A DNA stretch of 64,000 bases from Octopus sinensis (lineage: Eukaryota): assembly GCF_006345805.1 (NCBI RefSeq), contig NC_042998.1:129580001-129644000 (forward strand). Reading direction: 5' to 3'. The notes beneath the pieces are model-generated. The model ran no database searches. It was given only the letters and a program-made list of their open reading frames with translations, and was not told where the DNA came from. This document shows positions 57,019 to 64,000 of this stretch, piece after piece (the stretch's first letter is position 1; the number at the start of each line of letters is the position of its first letter). The position numbers and the translations under genes are program-made.

Positions 57019-60000
57019 TTATTGCTTATTTAGCTTGGGTTCGAATTTATCAATAAAATTCTTTTCTCTGATTTTCCTCTCGATTTCACTTGGGCTGTGT
57101 AATTTGTAGAATGGAAATATTATATATATTTTCCGACCACATGTTGCTAGGTGGTTACTCAAAGGTATCTGACGGACCTCTGGGTCTCTAATCTGTTGCC
57201 GGTGTACACGTGAGCGTTCTAATAGTGCGTTTCCCGTCTGACCTACATATATTTCTTCACAATTTGGGCATTTGATGCAGTAAATTAAATTTCTGCTTTT
57301 GCAGTTCATATTCGCGTTTGTGAATATTTTCCCGGTTTTTGTGTTTATATATTGACCGGTATGTATGAATTGGCATGTACCACATCGGCTATCATTGCAT
57401 TTAGATACCGTGAATGTTTGGTCTTTGTTGCTGAGGTCAAATTTTGCCTTTGTTAGTAATGTTTTGAAGCTTTTAGGCTGTCTTTTACTAAGCACCATAG
57501 CTCGATCCGTGATTATGTCTTTTAATTCATTACTTTGGGCAATGATTGGTAGGTTTGCTTTGGCAATGTTGAAGATATTCTGGTGACATGGGTTGTGTGT
57601 CACTATGAATGGTATGACTTGTTCTTGTTTTCCTCTTCCTTGGGTTGTCCTAAGTTGTTGTATGGGTATTTTTATAGCCCGCTGTATGCCATTTTCTATA
57701 AGTAGAGATGGGTATTTTTGTTTGAGCAAAAATTCTCTTAGTTCTATTAGGCGTTTGTTCCTGATATTTGCATCTTCTACAATAGTACAAATTCTTCTGG
57801 CTAGGCAGTATGGGATGTTACGTTTTGTATGTGGTGGATGGCACGACTTAAAATTTAGGTATTGATGTGTGTCTGTGTGTTTATAGTATATATCTGTGGT
57901 GATGGTGGTGTCTTTTTTAATTACCATTATATCCAGGAATGGTACTTTGGTACTACTCATCTCCTTTGTAAATTGGAGAGATGGGTGTAGGTTGTTCAGG
58001 AGAATATTGAACTCTTCCAGAGTATTTAGAGATTCTGTCCAGATTATGAAACAGTCGTCTAGGTATCTCTTCCATGCCTTTTCAATATACTTTCTAAATC
58101 CAGTGCCATAGTTTACCTCCACCTCTTGGTAGAGTTGTTCTTCTAAGTATCCCATTACAGAGTTGGCGTAACGGGAGCAAACCTCGTTCCCATCGCCGTG
58201 CCTCTAATTTGGATGTAATTCTTTCCATTGAAGAAGAATGTGTTATTTTCTAGAATAAGTTTGACTGTGTCTAATATAAATGGCACTGTGAATCTGCTGG
58301 GAATCACTTCTCTATGTTTTTCTAACCAGTATTTAATCGCCTTTATTCCTAAATCGTGTGGAATATTGGTGTAGAGGCTTACCACATCAAAACTTAGTAA
58401 AACTGAATTTGTTTCTGTTGTTTTGGGAAGATGGGACAGGAAGTCGATGTCATCCCTGATGAAATTTGGTATGTAAGTACATTGTGGTTTCAAAACAATG
58501 TCAATAAAATTGCTTAGACGGTGTGTAGGGCATGCTGGACCAGCTATAATAGGTCTAAGTTTTAGGTTTTTTGGATGTAATAATTTTATGTACTCACTTT
58601 CTTGTTCTTTTACTGCCTGTTGAATGTTTTTTGATTTGTGTATTTTTGGTAAGCCGTAGAAGTTGCTGGGTTTTTGTTCAAAATTGGTGATGTAGTCTTT
58701 TTCATTATCCGTAAGTGAGTTGTGGTGTGTTGAAATCAGGTTGTTGATCTTTTTCATGATGTGGTGGTCTATATTTGCGGGTATTTCACAATAGAAGGTT
58801 GTATCCTTCAGTTGGTCTTCAACCAAATCCTTATAGTATTCGGTATCCATAATAACAATTGCACCACCTTTATCTGCTTGTTTAATTATTATTGTTTGAT
58901 CGTTTTGTATACGTTTACATGCAGACATCTCTGATTTGCTAATGTTTGGCCTAACATTGGTATTGCGTCTAAGGGGAAATTTAGACAGGATATCAATGTA
59001 TTGGTCAAGGTAGTTATTTCTTCCTTTTGGTGGGGTGAAATTTGATTTATTCCTTACTAGGGATTCATCAATCTCATTACTTTTGTTAGCGAAGAATTCT
59101 ACAAGTCGTAATTTTCGACCGAATTTTTGGATATCCTCCTTTAATTCTTGGTGGTTGGCTGTTGGTGTAGGTGTGAATTTCAGTCCTTTTGACAGAAGTT
59201 GGATTTCATCATTGTCAAGATCTCTTTTTGATAAATTAATTATTTTAGGATCTATACGTTCAGTTGTTTGGGGTATGTTTCCTCTTGGATTTTTTCTTTC
59301 TCCGGTGTTTGTTGTCCTGACGTAAAAAAATGGATTTTTTTCTGGTTATGATTTATATTCCTGTTGATGTTTGCTTGATGAATTTTGCGTTTTGGTTGTG
59401 ATACTTTACTTGGTTTCGTTATGTTTTCTGTCTTGTTTTTGGTATTATGTATGCTACTTTTCAATTTCTTGTTAGCATTGTTTTTAACCACCTGGAGAAA
59501 TGATCTGGGTTTACTTCTAGATCTAGATCAGTTTTTTGTCCAGTTTCTTGTGGGTAATCTCTGTTGAGGTCTTGAAAATGATCTCCTGTTATTTCTACTG
59601 CTAATGGTCTGTTCAAAACAATATCTATTTTGTTTGTGCTTTTTGTTCATGTTGTGTGCATTAGGGTGTTTGCATACAAAATGGGAAGAGTTCTTACCGT
59701 AGTTCGTCTTCGATTCGTGGTGAAACGGGTGTTCATGTTGCCACGTGTTCTGGTGTATGTTGCGTTGGTGAGGTTGTCCACTTTTAATGCTATTTCTCGG
59801 AGTTCTGGTGTCTTTACCGTAATTTGTAGCATATTTGTCGAGAAATAATTGTTTCCGCTGCCAAAACTTTCTTGATCTGCTTTCTTCTTTTGAGATATCT
59901 CTGATCCATAGTTCTCGCATTTTTTCTGCTATATTGCCGGTCGTTAGTTTGGATATTTCATCTCTGATTTGATCATCGATAGCTTCGTATTTGGCTTTGT

Positions 60001-60544
60001 AGCGGTATTGTTTAGACAGGGTAATGGAGATGTCAGTCCTGAATTTTATCAAACTAAGGTCCCATCGAAGTTTAGTTTCTTCCTCTGGTTCTCCTGCAAT
60101 TTCTTTAATTAGGTACTTCCGAGGAAGTATGGGCGCCGCTAAAGATATCCATTTCGAATGTATTTCAGCATATTTTTCGCATTTATATGCCTTCCAGAAG
60201 TTTTGTTTTCTTATGTTAAGGAGTTTTTTCCATGTCTTCTGTATCTCTTCTCTTTTTCGGTGTGCCTCTTTTTCCAGATTTCTTTCGTTTATTTCTGACA
60301 TCCAAAGAGGTTGTGGTAGGCTTTCTCTTGTAGATTTTATAATTGTTGGTATCATTTCAGCTAAATTCTTAATTTCAGATTTTATGTGTTCATTTCCAAG
60401 TTTTCCGTCTGTAGACTGTTTTTCTATTTCCTTTAAAATAGAGGATTGTGTGTCAATCATCGTGATGAGTGTTGATAATTTCGATGAAATTTCCATTAGA
60501 ATTCTTTCTGATTCTCTTAATTTTGTTTGTTGCTTTCCAGACAT
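57019..60544 (-). pseudogene. PLE-B ORF (MSGKQ... to ...EPKLNKQ*) with one in-frame stop and two frameshifts as assembled
   Basis: LLSKGLKFTPTP, ADKGGAIV, SFDVVSLYTNIP, GTAMGT, KRYLDDCF, KCNDSRCGTC, NLIYCIKCPNC..YVGQTG. Confidence 0.9.
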
Positions 60545-60749
60545 GTTGGCATATACACAATAGGAATATAGATATATATATATATATGGGTGTGTGTGAT
60601 TGTGTATAGAAGAATATATTAATAAAAAGAATTCCAACCTTGTCTGATTTTCACGTTTTATTTACAGTCTTATAATGATATATTATAAGATAATATATTA
60701 TAATTGAATAAAATAAAGTGAAATAGTAGAATGTTAAATATTCATTCTG

Positions 60750-60804
<55 letters not shown>

Positions 60805-61265
60805 CAATTATCCAGTTGCACTTGGGACATCAAATGCTGAAGATCTAAACAACCACTACTAGGAAACATAAGTAAAGAGTAAATGATATAAACATGTGTT
60901 TATTAACATTTCTCTTACGTTTGCTCTGTATATCGTAACCAGTCCGACAGAGACCAAAGCGCTATACTGGAAGCTGACTGGATGAGAAAATCTACGTGGA
61001 GCATTCAACTCAACATTAGCAGTACTACATCTAAATGTACACCTAAGATATACAATACACCTACACACACACACATGCATCCGATCCGAACACAGACACA
61101 CATACACGAACACATACACGAACACATACACATGCATATACGTCTGTATAGGTATGTATATGAAATTATGTATTTAATAAGTATATTGGCTTATCCAATA
61201 ATGTTACACCGCTAAGCTTAGTGGTTATTAAAGCCATGTGTTCGTGGATAGTTAATGGGTTGGAC

Positions 61266-61311
61266 GTGGTGCTGAAGAAGGGGCAAAATCCTCTTAAATA
61301 TGTTCATCCAC
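61266..61311 (+). ncRNA. Decayed hammerhead-like motif
   Basis: GTGGTG-CTGAAGA-AGGGG/CAAAA/TCCTCT-TAAA-TATGTT-CATCCAC. GAAA is mutated to TAAA, and ~130 bp later comes (TA)n. Confidence 0.35.
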
Positions 61312-61459
61312 TCTTTCTCAATTCTTCAACCTTTCTATTGCATTGTTTACGTGGACGTATTCGTAAACAAAACAACTTAACTTTCAGTGGTGGCTTTAAA
61401 CTATAGAAAATCTGTATAGATAAACTTATATGCATACGTATATATATATATATATATAT

Positions 61460-61610
61460 TTCTTTCCTCTCTCTTCCTTCTTTATGTTTCCGACGAAGAG
61501 CTCCGCTCGAAACGTCATACCTTCCTGCTTCCATATTTCCTGAGCGCCTATTAATAATAATACTGTAATTGTTCCACGTGTTGTTGTTTTTTTGTTTTCC
61601 CGTTTGGATT

Positions 61611-61615
<5 letters not shown>
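61460..61615 (+). mobile_element. Short pLTR-like element with CCGACGA hammerhead (61486-61520), (TA)n on both sides
   Basis: The ribozyme core is identical to 23229-23258. It ends in GTC. Confidence 0.6.
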
Positions 61616-61678
<63 letters not shown>

Positions 61679-62446
61679 GTGCGTGTGTGTTTGTATGAGT
61701 GTGTGTGCATGTATGTGTGTGTGTACGTACATATTCACATAAGACTGAGAAGGTCAGAGAAGGAGGAGAGAACGAATGGGAAATCTGCAGCTCATTACGC
61801 CACGCTGTTTCTTTGTGTTTTATTCTCAGACTACATGTTTACCAAATTTGTCTTCCATGTGAAATCTTCCCCCGTCATAACCAATCTCACTTTGTCTATG
61901 AAAGCTTTAAGCCCTGTCCTATTCGTAACCCACGCAGACCAAACTGAATCATTTCGAAACGAGAAAATCAGGTCATTGATTCGATTTGAAGTTTTGTTAA
62001 ACTTTTGCAAAATCTGACGAGATGAAGCAAAATATTTTCCCAAGAATCCTGCATGATACATAACGAAATTCTTAAGCTGATTAGTAATAGCTTAGCAATT
62101 AAGGGGGTATTTTTAGATTTACGTTTAAAGATTTGAAATGTTTATGATGAAATATAATTGAAAATAATAAAAAAAGACTTTAAAGGTCATTAAATGTCAA
62201 TTTATATTTCCTTTCCGATGAAATCAGTTAGAATATAATTTTATTTCTTTATGTATTTATTTGCGTTATCTAATTCTGTATCTATCGATCTATTAGCCTA
62301 TCTCTCTATGCATCAGTCGTGATGAAGGTATATATTATTTTTATATGGCTACATGCATGCATACAAGTACTAATATGCACAAATACATACATACATACAT
62401 ACATACATACATACCTACATACATACATACATACACTCATACATAC

Positions 62447-62506
<60 letters not shown>

Positions 62507-62799
62507 ATATATACATATACATATACATACATACGCGTGTTTACGTGTGCATGTATATGGATGATGTATGTGTGCATTGCGTTTCTTCAATTTCCCATCA
62601 TGCTTTATTAAGCAGAAAATCTACATAGGCCAGCATTAATTTGAAACATAACATGGAGGCAATGAGAAAAATATAGATACTTCTAAGGCGGCATCATACT
62701 TAAACGAAAGCAAGAACAAGGACAACAACAGCAACTGTCATAAAACAACACTAACAACGATGAGTATGGCGTAGCTGGCAACGACGATGACGACAATAA

Positions 62800-62813
62800 T
62801 GATAATAATAATA

Positions 62814-62846
<33 letters not shown>

Positions 62847-62970
62847 TAATAATAATGATATAATAATAATATAATATAATAATAATAATAATAATAATAT
62901 TAATAATAATATAATAATAATAATAATAGCAATAATAATAATAATAATATAATATAATAATATAATAATA

Positions 62971-63014
<44 letters not shown>

Positions 63015-63015
63015 G
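62800..63015. repeat. Imperfect (TAA)n tract
   Basis: Directly visible. Confidence 0.95.
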
Positions 63016-63525
63016 TAATACTACGAAGAGAGAGATGGTTGATGATGATGAAGATGGCGACAGTTTTTTAGTTGTCACTGGGATACATGTGGAGAGAAAT
63101 ATAACGAGAGAGTATACAATTTATCTGTAGGTTACATACGAAGAAGAAAGAGTGAATAGAAGAGATGAATTGCAAAGTATACATAAAATAATGAAGATGA
63201 TAATGACGGTAATGATGATAGCTTTCTAATTGCCACAAGGCTGATGTGTGATATAGTATTACATTATCATAGAAATTCGAAGAAGGAGAAGCAAAAAATA
63301 AAGTGTGGTATATACTGTATACAAATAGAATATACAAGTTGGTTATTACGACTATCAAGAACTCCACATACTGAAAACAAAAGACAAAGACAGGTGTAGG
63401 ACAACAAGTATGTGGATTAATTTAACAGTCGGGAAAAATGGAGTCTATGCTTTCGACAGAAAGTATTAAGAGGGAAAAAAGCAGAGTGAAAAATTTTGTA
63501 GAGATAAACGGTTCAGCAAGACGAA

Positions 63526-63556
<31 letters not shown>

Positions 63557-63595
63557 GATAGATAAGAAAGTTTGTTTGGTAAAGCACGTGGGTGA

Positions 63596-63998
63596 ATATA
63601 TAAGAAAATAGTAAAGTGTGAAAAAACGACAGAAGGCTTAAATGTTAAAAAATATATATATTTGTGTCAAAATGTCTGGAGGATATTGGAAAATTTTTTT
63701 TCCTTTCCTTAAAATGACATAATTTTAAAATTTTTAAAGAAATTACCGGTTTCGCGTGTAGCTTTTCAAATTTCTTGTGACGTTATGTTTATATTGCCAT
63801 ATATAAATATAACGTCACAAGAAATTTGAAAAGCTACACGCGAAACCGGTAATTTCTTTAAAAATTTAAAAATTATGTCATTTTAAGGAAAGGAAAAAAA
63901 TTTTCCAATATTCTCCAGACATTTTGACACAAATATATATATTTTTTAACATTTAAGCCTTCTGTCGTTTTTTCACACTTTACTATTTTCTTATATAT
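63596..63998. mobile_element. 403-bp near-perfect palindrome (foldback/MITE-like)
   Basis: ~198-bp arms 'atatataagaaaatag...' and '...ctattttcttatatat', with a 6-nt central loop TGCCAT and few mismatches. Confidence 0.75.
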
Positions 63999-64000
63999 GT

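Larger units (their letters stand above)
56316..60751 (-). mobile_element. PLE-B: near-full-length Penelope-like (Neptune-type) retroelement with terminal direct repeats, in (TA)n
   Basis: Apparently identical 164-bp repeats at 56316-56479 and 60588-60751 bracket the N-terminal domain, RT and GIY-YIG. Confidence 0.92.

Overview
Eukaryotic, AT-rich, microsatellite-saturated DNA with one 100-N gap. The SINE and repeat style suggests an octopus or other cephalopod genome (inference). I found no host protein-coding gene I can support, and no rRNA, true tRNA or CRISPR array. Most listed ORFs are microsatellite translations. The main content is transposable elements. Two divergent near-full-length Penelope-like retroelements (PLEs; RT plus GIY-YIG, Neptune-type) lie tail-to-tail at 52.0-60.8 kb. 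There are also a D34D mariner, many R4/Dong-like LINE pieces in (TAA)n tracts, RTE and L1/Tx1 fragments, several SINE families, Helitron/Helentron derivatives and a 403-bp palindrome. The most interesting signal is a set of minimal type-I hammerhead ribozyme (HHR) motifs with non-canonical cores (U3:A8 compensatory pair, or C at position 4). They occur in both large PLEs and in short non-coding pLTR-like elements, and every such element ends in a (TA)n tract. In PLE-B the element's 5' end maps 5 nt from the predicted self-cleavage site. Boundaries of decayed fragments are approximate.
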